From NCBI GenBank assembly GCA_016699975.1, contig CP064994.1, forward strand, positions 917,874-981,873: a stretch of 64,000 bases of DNA. The letters run 5' to 3'. The stretch is from Candidatus Moraniibacteriota bacterium (GTDB taxonomy: Bacteria > Patescibacteriota > Minisyncoccia > Moranbacterales > UBA1568). Below are positions 18,579 through 28,398 of the stretch, one piece after another (within the stretch, counting starts at the first letter, position 1; each line of letters starts with the position of its first letter). The position numbers were made by a program, and so were the translations under genes. Below the pieces are notes generated by a model. That model was not told where the DNA came from. It did no database searches and saw nothing but the letters and a program-made list of their open reading frames with translations.

Positions 18579-19457
18579 TCAAAGATATGAATCAATGTAC
18601 TCACACCCGCGCTCCCCAAGAAGCGGACACCGATAGACAATCGTCCCTTGCTGATCTGTCCTCAGAATGCGAATTCCGCGTTCATGAAGACGGCCCACCA
18701 CTTCTTCCGACGGGTGCCCATAGGAATTCTTTCCGACCGACAGTATTGCCTCCTCGGGTTTTATACGATCGAGAAACAGAGCGCTCGTCGAAAATCTCGA
18801 ACCGTGATGTGCTACTTTCAACACGCGAATATCTTCTTTCGCTTTTTCGGGAAGGTACAGCTCTTCTTTTGGCAGGTCGCCCGTAAATAAGAACGTGTCT
18901 TCATGGACGCGGAATCGTGCGACGACACTGGTTTCATTTGTTTCTTTTCTCCCCTCGTTTTCCGCAACGAATTTTTCTTCCGGAAACACGACCTCAAGCT
19001 GGGCAACAGTTCCGAATTTGAGAGAAAGTCCCGCTCGAGGGGCTGCGCGGCGCACCGAGTGCCGAGTGAGCGCTGCTCGAAGCATCTCTTGAAGTGGAGT
19101 GTTTTCGGAAAATTCTTCGGAAAGAATGAGCGAAACCCGGTACCGATCAAGCAAATCAGGAAGTGCTCCCACATGATCTTCATCGGAATGTGTCAAAAGC
19201 ACAGCATCAATCGTCCGATCCCAGGGCGCCATTCTCTTTCCCAATTCGGTAAGAAGTGCGCGACCATCTTTTCCTGTATCAATGAGAATCTGATGGGAAC
19301 CATGCGACAAAAGGAAAGCATCTCCTTGTCCCACATTGAGAAACGCCACTTCCACGAAAGCAGAGGACGTTGTGAATATGCGGTATCCGCAAAAAATTCC
19401 CAGAAACACCAGAAGCACTATTCCTCCCCACAGTGCAGCACGAGGAACTCGGTTCAT
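18579..19457 (-). CDS. comEC: ComEC/Rec2 C-terminal metallo-beta-lactamase domain protein (separate ORF)
   Basis: …VAFLNVGQGDAFLL…LLTHSDEDHVGALPDLL…FLFTGD…VAHHGSRFS… shows the MBL-fold motifs of ComEC. Has its own N-terminal TM helix. Its start overlaps the upstream ORF's stop by 4 nt (ATGA). Confidence 0.8.
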   Translation of the reverse strand: MNRVPRAALWGGIVLLVFLGIFCGYRIFTTSSAFVEVAFLNVGQGDAFLLSHGSHQILIDTGKDGRALLTELGKRMAPWDRTIDAVLLTHSDEDHVGALPDLLDRYRVSLILSEEFSENTPLQEMLRAALTRHSVRRAAPRAGLSLKFGTVAQLEVVFPEEKFVAENEGRKETNETSVVARFRVHEDTFLFTGDLPKEELYLPEKAKEDIRVLKVAHHGSRFSTSALFLDRIKPEEAILSVGKNSYGHPSEEVVGRLHERGIRILRTDQQGTIVYRCPLLGERGCEYIDSYL

Positions 19458-20989
19458 AGAAGTGAGAGAAAAGAAGCGCCGCGACGATGAGAGTATCTCC
19501 GACGAAGAAACTCAACAAAAAGAAAACTCGCTGCGTACCACAAAACGAGGAATCCTATCCCAAAATGCTCCACGGGAATCGTCGAAAATTTCCTTTCCGA
19601 AAAATATTCCGAAAAAGCAAGAATAGCTCGTGCAACCAGAAATGCAGGGAGACCAAAAAGAGGCGCGAGCGATGGAACGACCATGCCAAGAATTGACGCC
19701 ACAAACCCGAAAAGCATTGCGAGCGGAACGAGCGGCAGAATCACCATATTCGCCGCGAGAGAAAAAACTGAAAAAACCTTGAAATGAAATAAGAGAAGCG
19801 GCGTCACGAACCACTGCGCGGCAATCGTACTCGCGAGAAGCTCGCCCGCCCGAAGGGACACAAAAACATACGGTGTGAGCAATACCAATCCTATCGTCGC
19901 CGCGAAGGAAAGTTGAAATCCGATATCATAGCGAAGGAGAAGCGGATTCACAAAGAGCATGAGAGCACCGGCGCCAACGAGCGCTCGAGTAGGGTTTCCC
20001 ATGCGAGAAAATCCCATCGCACAGAGCATGACGGAAACCATGATCGCCGCCCGGACTGCCGAAGTCGGCATGCCAACCAAGGCAGTAAACATCCACACAC
20101 CAAAAAGCGCTCCCCAAACAGCACGCTGTCGGTAAAGTCCGAAAAAAATAAGGAACGAGAGGAGAAAGAAGGCAATCAGAGAAACATTGTATCCAGATAC
20201 CGCAACGATGTGAGAAACTCCCGCACGAGAAAAATGCTCCTGTATCCCCGGCGGTAATCGATCGTCTCCCCCAAGAAGGAGTCCCGCGACAAGGCCGGAC
20301 TCCGGACTCGGAAGCGCGCGTTCAATACTTTGCTCGAAGGAGCGTCTGGTCGAGCCAAGGAAGGTGAGTCCCGCACTCTTTGGCCCATCGCGCTCGACCT
20401 GCCACCCTTTCGGAAACCGACACCCGTAGCCGATATTTTTCGCAGCGAGAAAGAAGGGGTAATCGAAGTCGTCCGAAAACGAGCGGGGACGATTCAGGTT
20501 GCACGAAAGAAGTATCCGATCCCCACTCCGCAGATCGGCAAAAAGCGGGAAAGTTCCCAGAATGAGAGTATCAGGGCACGCTCCTTCGCATCGTAAAGGA
20601 CGAAGGGTCACTTCTCGCGATGCCTCCGTTCGTTCCACTGCTCGCACTACCTCCCCTTCATAAAGCTTCCCTCCCGATTCAGGGAGCGCATTCCAAAAAC
20701 GAATAGCATGATCCGCGCGCCACCATCCAATCAGAAAAAAGCCAAGGAGAAAAAAGAGTGCAAAAAGATGCCTCCAACTCCAGACCATTCCCATCGCAAG
20801 GACGAATGCGCCGAGCGTCACCCCTATCCACCAGGCCCATGCAAAAAAGAGACCGAGCCCGGTCCCTACCACAAAGACTGCCATTCCGAGAAAAAGCCAC
20901 TGCGAACGTGACATAGGAATTCCTTTTTCACCTTGAGAGACTCTACCCCAAAAGAAAAAGCTCCGCAACCGCTTGCTCTCTCCCCTCAC
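19454..20989 (-). CDS. comEC: ComEC/Rec2 DNA-uptake channel, N-terminal DUF4131 plus competence domain
   Basis: 511-aa polytopic membrane protein. …FSRAGVSHIVAVSGYNVSLIAFFLL… is the ComEC competence-domain signature. Confidence 0.8.
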   Translation of the reverse strand: MRGESKRLRSFFFWGRVSQGEKGIPMSRSQWLFLGMAVFVVGTGLGLFFAWAWWIGVTLGAFVLAMGMVWSWRHLFALFFLLGFFLIGWWRADHAIRFWNALPESGGKLYEGEVVRAVERTEASREVTLRPLRCEGACPDTLILGTFPLFADLRSGDRILLSCNLNRPRSFSDDFDYPFFLAAKNIGYGCRFPKGWQVERDGPKSAGLTFLGSTRRSFEQSIERALPSPESGLVAGLLLGGDDRLPPGIQEHFSRAGVSHIVAVSGYNVSLIAFFLLSFLIFFGLYRQRAVWGALFGVWMFTALVGMPTSAVRAAIMVSVMLCAMGFSRMGNPTRALVGAGALMLFVNPLLLRYDIGFQLSFAATIGLVLLTPYVFVSLRAGELLASTIAAQWFVTPLLLFHFKVFSVFSLAANMVILPLVPLAMLFGFVASILGMVVPSLAPLFGLPAFLVARAILAFSEYFSERKFSTIPVEHFGIGFLVLWYAASFLFVEFLRRRYSHRRGASFLSLL

Positions 20990-21544
20990 AATTCTCCTTC
21001 CCCTGTATTCCCTCTCAAACTCTTCTCGTGAGATTTAACCAATCCTCGGAAAAACACAGGAATCTCAAAAATTTTTCGGACATTTTTCTACCAAGAAAGA
21101 AAAAGAAAGAAAATCGCTCGAAAACTTTTTCGGCAAGAAACTGAGAACTTCAAAAAGATTCTTCGCAAGAATGGATGGACTCGAAGAATGGCTTAAGAAA
21201 ATGTCGACGGTCAGAATATTTTGGGCGAGAACAAAAGAGAAAAGAGAGAAAATGATAACACCCCGATATTACGGAGAATATTCGGGGCGAGAAAAGACAG
21301 AAACGTTTGAGCCATAGGTTCCCCAGGTTGACACCCGAGGAGTTCTCGCTGGATTAATGAATGAGGAGAGTACGAGGCGAGCTCGAAAAAAAGTTCCCAC
21401 AACTACGACCTCCTTGATTACTGCATTCAGGAATCAATACTGGAACAACGAAAGACTACTTCAAGAACGTACCAGAAATCAATACCTCAAGATGCATTCT
21501 TGGCGCAAGCCATGAAAGAGGAGTTTCTTATTCGAAGCGCCTCT

Positions 21545-22909
21545 TTAGGATTTCTTCATCTTTCTGCGAATAAAGGCGGGGATTTCAAGATCCTCCTCTT
21601 CCGAGCTCGCCTCTTTCGTTTCACCTCGAAGCGAGAGAGGTCGAGGCGCAATCTTTTCCTCGATAATCATTTTCGTTTCAAGTTTTCGAGTGGGAAACGT
21701 GATTTCTTCTCGCATCGCTCCCGCATCCTGGTTCGTGAGAGATGGGGACAATTCTTGGTGAGCCGGTGGCTGAAACGAAGAGGTTTCGGAGCGCTCCAAG
21801 TATTCTTCGCGCGGCGAAACGGGAGAAGTGTCCCGCGAAGTCACATTCCGCACTTCCCGGACATCGCGGTCATCGACCGTTTTCTCGGGAAGTGTGCCTG
21901 GGCGCGAGGAAGCAAGTCTCGTCAACTTTCGGAATGGATCTTCTACTATTCGACCCCCATCAAATCCCGTCGCCACCACGGTAATTTGCACTTCTCCTTT
22001 TCTTACTTGATCATCCGACACCGCCCCAAAGATCACTTTGGCATTGGGATCGATATTCTCGGTAATAATATTTGCCGCCTCGTTGATCTCGAGCATCGTG
22101 ACATCGCTCGAACCCGAAATATTAAAGAGCACCCCACGAGCACCATCGATCGAGAGATCGAGAAGCGGACTATTGATAGCAGCCTTTGCCGCTTCGACAG
22201 CACGGTTCTCTCCCGAGGCAACCCCAATCCCCATAAGCGCACTCCCACTGTCTTCCATAATGGCCCGCACATCGGCGAAGTCGACATTCACGATTCCTGG
22301 CTTGGTGATAAGATCGGAAATTCCTTGTACGCCCTGGCGAAGCACATCGTCGACGATGCGAAACGCATTAATGAGTGTGGTTTTTCGGTCAATGATGGAA
22401 AGAAGCTTGTCATTTGGGATCGTGATGAGAGAATCCACTCGTTCCTGCATATTCTTCAGACCTTCCTCGGCAATCGCGCGTCGCTGCGCACCCTCAAAGG
22501 CAAACGGTTTCGTAACAACGCCAATCGTCAGTGCGCCAATTTCTTTGGCAGTTTCCGCTACGATAGGAGCAGCGCCCGTTCCGGTTCCACCCCCCAACCC
22601 GCACGTCACAAAAACCATGTCAGCCCCTTTCAAAACTTCCTGAATCTCATCGCGGTTTTCTTCGGAAGCCTGACGCCCAATCTCCGGATTCATTCCCGCG
22701 CCGAGTCCTTTCGTGAGATTCTTGCCAATATGAATTTTCTCACTGGCGCGAGAATGATGGAGCGCTTGAGCATCGGTATTGACGACGACAAACTCCACTC
22801 CTTTAATCTTCGCTTCGATCATGCGCGAGATAGCATTCCCTCCTGATCCTCCCACTCCTACCACTTTTATCTTCGCAAATGTTTCTATTGCCGGTTTTAT
22901 TTCAGCCAT
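21545..22909 (-). CDS. ftsZ: Cell division GTPase FtsZ
   Basis: …[18 protein letters not shown]…[21 protein letters not shown]… (tubulin signature GGGTGTG)…NVDFADV… and the C-terminal conserved peptide [11 protein letters not shown]. Confidence 0.95.
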   Translation of the reverse strand: MAEIKPAIETFAKIKVVGVGGSGGNAISRMIEAKIKGVEFVVVNTDAQALHHSRASEKIHIGKNLTKGLGAGMNPEIGRQASEENRDEIQEVLKGADMVFVTCGLGGGTGTGAAPIVAETAKEIGALTIGVVTKPFAFEGAQRRAIAEEGLKNMQERVDSLITIPNDKLLSIIDRKTTLINAFRIVDDVLRQGVQGISDLITKPGIVNVDFADVRAIMEDSGSALMGIGVASGENRAVEAAKAAINSPLLDLSIDGARGVLFNISGSSDVTMLEINEAANIITENIDPNAKVIFGAVSDDQVRKGEVQITVVATGFDGGRIVEDPFRKLTRLASSRPGTLPEKTVDDRDVREVRNVTSRDTSPVSPREEYLERSETSSFQPPAHQELSPSLTNQDAGAMREEITFPTRKLETKMIIEEKIAPRPLSLRGETKEASSEEEDLEIPAFIRRKMKKS

Positions 22910-23263
22910 AACAGAAGAGAGATAACGCGATACTTTAGATACTGTATGAGAACTCGCGAAAGCAGTACCAAGAAAAACCGGCCCGAACGCCTCACGAGAA
23001 CGGATCTCTGAAAGAGCGAGCGGAAACCGGTTTGTATTTTCTTTTCTGAGATTTGATACCTTCGAATTGCGCGAGCTGCATCAAAACTTTTTTCAGTTTA
23101 CCAGAATTCACGCGGAACACCAAATAAACCGTTTAACTGCCTTTTTGATTCCTCTTTTTCCCGGTACCAAATTTTTTCGAAGGATCGATTTCTCCAATCA
23201 AGAGAGCAAAAAAATCACTCAGAGAAAGATCGCTTCTTTGTCCAATCCTTTTCCCTGATCGAT

Positions 23264-24496
23264 CTATGATCCGTATTTTTGAAGCGTCCAATAATTCTGA
23301 TCGCAACTGCTGTCTCGACATCCGCACTTCCATTCATTTCCCTCAAAACGACAGACGAAGGCAAGCACAAATCCCGAAGTTCCGCCGGAAATAGGCGGAA
23401 GACCCTCGGAGAAAGCCTCTCCAGAATACCATCCTGGATTATTTACAGCCTCTTCTCCCGAAAAAGAAATTGTCTGCCAGCTCCCGTTCGAGAAAACAAA
23501 TCCCGTGTTGTAAACCGACGTATTGAGAGTGGAATTTCCCGCGACCGCTCTCTTTCCTTCAGGACGGCACTCTACGCGAAGAAGCGGCTCCTGATTTTCC
23601 GAAAAAGGATTAAGTGGCGCCCCATATCCTTCGGGAACATCTGCAAAACTCGTAATAAGCGAACAATCCGTCGACGCTCCGCCCAGTCGCTTCGCAATAC
23701 ATGGGTCTGATCGCACACCTTCGGAAGGAGTGCATGTCCAAGAGCTCGAACTCCCTCCCAACGGGAAAGCTGGAGAAGCAGGTTGCGGAGATCCTGTTGC
23801 ACAGAGATCGCCAAGAAAAGCATTTTCCGTTTCCGAATAGATGCGAGCGGCGCTGCCACACACTCCCATGGGATCCGGCGACCCAAGAACGGGAGCCGAA
23901 CAAGAAACATTTTTTCCACTTTCTCCGAGACAAAGCCAAACCCATTCGTTTCCAGACGCGGAGACCGGACTTGCCGTCCCTCTCGCACACAGATTCGAGG
24001 AAGGGCGAGAAGCAATCGAAGTTCCATCCGCGGGTCCGCACGCTGGCAAAACAACAAGAGACGGAACTCGTTCACTCGCCATACGAACCCCTACCGTTTC
24101 CTCTTCCCCTTCAAACTGGCCAGTCACCTCGATCAGCGCAACCTTGGAAGTCGCGTCGCTACAAGAAAGGCGTCTTTCCGAAGCGTCTCGAAAGATAGCA
24201 ATAAAGCGTCCTGAAGAATTTTTTCCTCGAATTTCTTTGTCGACACAAGATCCTCCGGAAGCCGAGGTAAGTGAGCGGATCGTTCCTCGTTTCCGACGAA
24301 CTTCGGCAGAGAGCGCATCAAGCGCAATATGCGCGGACTTGAGAGCTGTCTTCTCTCCGATCGACTGGGCAGAAACAGAAAAAGGAGGCCAAATGAAAGA
24401 AAGAAGCACCGCAACCACACCAACCGAGTAAAAACGAAAACGCTTCAAGAGAAAAGGCATAAGTGAAGGCAACAAAAGAAAGAGAAAAATTGCCAA
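23264..24496 (-). CDS. Secreted cysteine-rich protein (410 aa), short paralog sharing a C-terminal domain with ORF 24809..27001
   Basis: Signal peptide (VGVVAVLLSFIWPPFSVSAQS). Motif CGSAARIYSE…LCATGSP…WTCTP…C. The C-terminal about 110 aa (…PEGYGAPLNP…VAGNSTLNTSVYNTGFV…GFVLAFVCRFEGNEWKCGCRDSSCDQNYWTLQKYGS) align with the C-terminus of the 730-aa neighbour. Confidence 0.7.
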   Translation of the reverse strand: MAIFLFLLLPSLMPFLLKRFRFYSVGVVAVLLSFIWPPFSVSAQSIGEKTALKSAHIALDALSAEVRRKRGTIRSLTSASGGSCVDKEIRGKNSSGRFIAIFRDASERRLSCSDATSKVALIEVTGQFEGEEETVGVRMASERVPSLVVLPACGPADGTSIASRPSSNLCARGTASPVSASGNEWVWLCLGESGKNVSCSAPVLGSPDPMGVCGSAARIYSETENAFLGDLCATGSPQPASPAFPLGGSSSSWTCTPSEGVRSDPCIAKRLGGASTDCSLITSFADVPEGYGAPLNPFSENQEPLLRVECRPEGKRAVAGNSTLNTSVYNTGFVFSNGSWQTISFSGEEAVNNPGWYSGEAFSEGLPPISGGTSGFVLAFVCRFEGNEWKCGCRDSSCDQNYWTLQKYGS

Positions 24497-24501
24497 ATAA
24501 A

Positions 24502-24735
24502 CTAGCGCGACGGAAGGAGGGGAGCAGGAGGCACGTCATTCGAAGGAGTTGCTTCCCCTTCCATGAAAGGAGGGTTCGTTGGAAGAGGCGGAAGCGGAGG
24601 AGGAGTTACAGGCATTTGAGATGTTCGCGATTTCGAAGAAAAGCTCGCAAGAAGAAAGGCAATCACCACCACAATCGCGATTCCCAGCACAACAAGTACC
24701 GCTTTGCGGCGCGCCGTCAGTTCAGTAATATTCAT
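24502..24735 (-). CDS. Small single-pass membrane protein with a proline-rich tail (77 aa)
   Basis: MNITELTARRKAVLVVLGIAIVVVIAFLLASFS… (TM) followed by …PVTPPPLPPLPTNPPF…PPAPLLPSR. Occupies exactly the gap between the two Cys-rich paralogs. Confidence 0.4.
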   Translation of the reverse strand: MNITELTARRKAVLVVLGIAIVVVIAFLLASFSSKSRTSQMPVTPPPLPPLPTNPPFMEGEATPSNDVPPAPLLPSR

Positions 24736-24808
24736 ATGTTTTATTTTTACGAACTAAATCAATTCACTCAAAAAAATCATCAAAAAATATCCTGTATACT
24801 GTTTCGCA

Positions 24809-27001
24809 CTACTTTTTTCCGTACGCCTGAATAGTCCAATAATTTTGGGAGCAGTCGCGATCTCGACATCCACACTTCCATTCGCTTCCCTCATATTGAC
24901 AGATAAAGGCAAGAACATAGTTTTGCCCGGATGAAGGTGCGGCGGGAAGTTCTGCAACTGCCGAACCACGGAACCAGCCAGCATTTCCCGAATCCGCTCT
25001 TCCCGAAAAGTCTATCTTGCTCCATTCGCCGTTTTGCGAAACAAAACCAGTTTTGTACACAAAGGTTGCTTGCGAACCGGCAACTGCCATTCCCCCTTGA
25101 TCAGAGCAACGGACGGTCAGCGTTTCTTCATTCTGAGAGGAAAGCATATTGAAAGGACTCCCATATCCTTCCGGAATTGAGCTCTGCAAAGAAGTGTATC
25201 GAGCGCAGGAAGAAGGATTTTCTCCATTCGAATTCGGGAAAGTAGGATTTTGTCCTTCAACCGTTCCACGAGTAGCAGTGCAACTTTCCGAATCTTTGCC
25301 TCCCGTAATACCGGCACAGCGCCACTCTGAAGCAGCATTTATGCTTGGGAATGAAGGATTGACGGGGTCCGGCAATCCCGTGTAACAGAACGACCCCGAA
25401 AAAGTCGTCTCTCCATCAGAATAGTTCCTCGCGGCATTCCCGCAGGATCCACTCACTTTAATGACTTCTCCTTCGGCAATAGGGTTTGAAGGGCCAGTAT
25501 TTCCAGAAACATCCCACGCCATACAGGTATTCGTGCCACATGGCCACGTCCAGTGAGCACATCGTCCTCCTGAACCAGTGAGACCTGAACAATCAGTGCT
25601 ATGCGTCATGCCAATTCCCGTAGTAATCGTTTGTCCCGAACAGAGGTTTTGAGTAGGTTGGGAGGTAAAGTCCTTCCCATGAGAGGTTCCACACTGAGAT
25701 CCAGGAGAAGGTGGGTCAGTGGGAACACAGCACTTCTTTCCCATGGTGCAGTCCGCTTTGACAAACTGCTGAGCTCCGTATCGACATGTCGCGGTTTCAT
25801 TGATACATTGTCCGCCCACTTGGGAGCAGCTTGTTACCTGAGAAGGATTACAACCGATTCCGGAACAACCTCCCTCTGGGGGAGAGGGGTTCGTTGGGGA
25901 ATTCGTACCATTTTTCACACACGTATCCGACTGAGCCGTAAAACCTTCTTTACAAGCGAAACACTTTCCTTGTCCCCCACACGTCCAATCCCATCCAGCA
26001 AATTCTCCATTTACGAATAAAGCATACGTATTTGTCCCCGAAGGTTCGGTTCCCGGAATTCCTGAAACTGCCCCTGAAGTGCAGCTGTATCGTTGGTCAG
26101 GACCGTTTTTCGGAAATGTCTTTCCATTATTGGAACCACAGACACCACTTGTTGGCGTAGGATTTCCGGAAGCGTTCCGTATGCACACATAGTTCCCACT
26201 CGTTACAGAATTGCACGTATATCCTGAAAGGGGTCGCATGGGTCCTCTTCCCGACTCGCATCCAGAGCCCCATTGACCATCCATTTGAAGCATTCCGTAG
26301 CGCCAACTGGCATTACAACCTCCCGTGATGCCGTCAGAAGAACCAACTTTAGAACACACGTAGTAAGCGTTATTTTCATAGGTAGAGACTTTTCCGCATT
26401 GGTAGCCCGATGGAGGCGTCGGATACCCCTCTTTTCCACCACCACACCCCACTCCCCATTCGTCATAGGTCCGGCGGACGGCGCTCGTCGTAGATTCGAT
26501 GCGGCATCCACCTGCTATATCTCCCGACGAGTTCGATTTGGAACAGATATAATATTGCGTCAGACCATCAGTAGTATCGGTTCCCACTATTCCGCATGCA
26601 TATCCTGCTGCCGCGCGAACATCGGGTCCGCTCCCTTCAAACCCCTTTCCCCAACTAGAAGAAAGCTGCATGATGCGATATTTGGATGTCTTTGTATAGC
26701 CTCCGGTCACACCGCTTGCGGCATCGGATCGCACACACCAATAATTTGCATTCTTAACGTTTTCTGTTTGAGGAACAGAACTCACTCGACCACAAACATA
26801 CCCCGAAGGAGGCTTGGGATAAGCATCATTGCCACAGCCAACCCCCCAATTCCCGACATTTTTGGGATTTCTCAACATCTGAATGGAGCACCCTCCCTCC
26901 ACATTCGCAAGCGCATGATCTGAAACCAAGAAAATTCCGATCGAGATCGCAAGCAAAGACCCCAGTAAAAACAAACGGACAGAGTTTCTTTGTGTATTCA
27001 T
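24809..27001 (-). CDS. Secreted cysteine-rich repeat protein (730 aa), long paralog
   Basis: Signal peptide. Three N-terminal repeats: WGVGCGNDAYPKPPSGYVCG…, WGVGCGGGKEGYPTPPSGYQCG…, WGSGCESGRGPMRPLSGYTCN…. Three CGxxxG…LC/SC…W.C.G…C.A modules. Cys-knot-like stretch CSGIGCNPSQVTSCSQVGGQCINETATCRYG. C-terminal domain …VLAFICQYEGSEWKCGCRDRDCSQNYWTIQAYGKK is shared with the 410-aa paralog. Confidence 0.75.
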   Translation of the reverse strand: MNTQRNSVRLFLLGSLLAISIGIFLVSDHALANVEGGCSIQMLRNPKNVGNWGVGCGNDAYPKPPSGYVCGRVSSVPQTENVKNANYWCVRSDAASGVTGGYTKTSKYRIMQLSSSWGKGFEGSGPDVRAAAGYACGIVGTDTTDGLTQYYICSKSNSSGDIAGGCRIESTTSAVRRTYDEWGVGCGGGKEGYPTPPSGYQCGKVSTYENNAYYVCSKVGSSDGITGGCNASWRYGMLQMDGQWGSGCESGRGPMRPLSGYTCNSVTSGNYVCIRNASGNPTPTSGVCGSNNGKTFPKNGPDQRYSCTSGAVSGIPGTEPSGTNTYALFVNGEFAGWDWTCGGQGKCFACKEGFTAQSDTCVKNGTNSPTNPSPPEGGCSGIGCNPSQVTSCSQVGGQCINETATCRYGAQQFVKADCTMGKKCCVPTDPPSPGSQCGTSHGKDFTSQPTQNLCSGQTITTGIGMTHSTDCSGLTGSGGRCAHWTWPCGTNTCMAWDVSGNTGPSNPIAEGEVIKVSGSCGNAARNYSDGETTFSGSFCYTGLPDPVNPSFPSINAASEWRCAGITGGKDSESCTATRGTVEGQNPTFPNSNGENPSSCARYTSLQSSIPEGYGSPFNMLSSQNEETLTVRCSDQGGMAVAGSQATFVYKTGFVSQNGEWSKIDFSGRADSGNAGWFRGSAVAELPAAPSSGQNYVLAFICQYEGSEWKCGCRDRDCSQNYWTIQAYGKK

Positions 27002-27149
27002 AGGCGTACTTCCTCAAGAGGAACATCGTTACGATTTTTGAACGAGTAAATAATCACGATATAAATTTCAGATATCTTTTTTTAGTATATCACAAAGAGA
27101 ACATTTTTCGAGAAAAATTTTTCCTCACGCACTCTGATTCATTCTTCCC

Positions 27150-28397
27150 TTACGGCAAAAATTTTCCGAAGAGGCGCTTTGCTCGATCGAGGGTTTGTGA
27201 AATTCCTGTGGTCGCAAACCAAGAAGCACCCGACCGCTCATTTCCTCTGTTTGCTTCAGCCCACAAAACGAGACCAAGAACAGTTGCGAATTCCGGATCA
27301 TCCACCTGATCCAGAACTCCTCCCAACGGTTTCGGATAGCCAATATGAGCGGGGAGACGAAGCGTTTCCTTGGCAAGCTCAACGACGCCCGGAAGACGAG
27401 CGCCTCCGCCTGAGAGGACCACGCCACCCGGAAGAAGGCCCGAACGACCGATTTGTTTCAGCTCCGCATCGACAAATTGGAAGAGTTCTTCGAGGCGCGC
27501 TTCGATAATCTCGGCAATATGCCGACGCGACACTTCTCCTTCTTCTTTGCTGCTGATTGCAGCGAGATCGATATCTTCTTTCTTATCAATATCACGCGAC
27601 AGAGCGCTTCCGAAACGAACCTTCACTGCTTCCGCAACATCAATCGACGTTCTCAGTCCGATCGCGATATCATTCGTGATATGCCCCGCTCCAATCGGCA
27701 AAATTTTCACATGGAGGAGATCTCCTTCCTCAAAAACAGCAAGCGACGTCGTGTCAGCGCCGATATCGACAAGCACCGCTCCGAGCTCCCGCTCTCTCGA
27801 TCCAAGGACCGCTTCCGAAGCGGCAAGAGGCGAAACGACAAACTGTTCGAGTCCGATGCCCGCTTGTTCGAGCGCTCGGGAAATATTTTTCGTATGTTGC
27901 GCGGAATCACCAATAAGAAGCGCCGAGACTTCGAGCCGAACGCCATTCATGCCGAGGGGGTCCTTGATATTTTTTTCGTCATCAAGGCGGTAGTGTTTCG
28001 GAATAATGTGGAGGATCTCCTGATTCGGCGAAAGAGGTGCGGTGTGCCGCGCTTGCTCGAGGACTCGATTGATATCGTCATCGAGCACTTCCCCGTCGGC
28101 CTTCCCAACCGCAATCACGCCCGTCGCTTCCCGAAAAAAAACTTCGTGACCGCCAAGCGCAACAGAGACTCGCTCAATTTGAGCTCCCGCCATACTTTCA
28201 GCCCGCGAGATCGATTCCACTATGGAAGACACAGCGGCTTCGATATCGACGATAGAGCCGCGCCTCACGCCCAACGTGGGAACTACTCCCACCCCGACGA
28301 TACGCGGCGCTTCCCGCTCCTTTCCGGGAGAAACGACAACGGTTCGAATGGACCCCGATCCGATATCGAGACCGGTAATGAAATTTCCACGCTTCAT
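27150..28397 (-). CDS. ftsA: Cell division protein FtsA (actin-like ATPase)
   Basis: MKRGNFITGLDIGSGSIRTVVV… (phosphate-1 motif)…VLVDIGADTTSLAVF…ILPIGAGHITNDIA… Stop overlaps the dgkA start region. Confidence 0.9.
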   Translation of the reverse strand: MKRGNFITGLDIGSGSIRTVVVSPGKEREAPRIVGVGVVPTLGVRRGSIVDIEAAVSSIVESISRAESMAGAQIERVSVALGGHEVFFREATGVIAVGKADGEVLDDDINRVLEQARHTAPLSPNQEILHIIPKHYRLDDEKNIKDPLGMNGVRLEVSALLIGDSAQHTKNISRALEQAGIGLEQFVVSPLAASEAVLGSRERELGAVLVDIGADTTSLAVFEEGDLLHVKILPIGAGHITNDIAIGLRTSIDVAEAVKVRFGSALSRDIDKKEDIDLAAISSKEEGEVSRRHIAEIIEARLEELFQFVDAELKQIGRSGLLPGGVVLSGGGARLPGVVELAKETLRLPAHIGYPKPLGGVLDQVDDPEFATVLGLVLWAEANRGNERSGASWFATTGISQTLDRAKRLFGKFLP

Positions 28398-28398
28398 A

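Noticed and set aside
18482-18640. N-terminal extension of the DUF1508 ORF (start at 18640) overlapping comEC by 62 nt
   Set aside because: The extension lacks the DUF1508 pattern and overlaps the MBL-domain ORF. The internal Met at 18481 gives a canonical single-domain protein.
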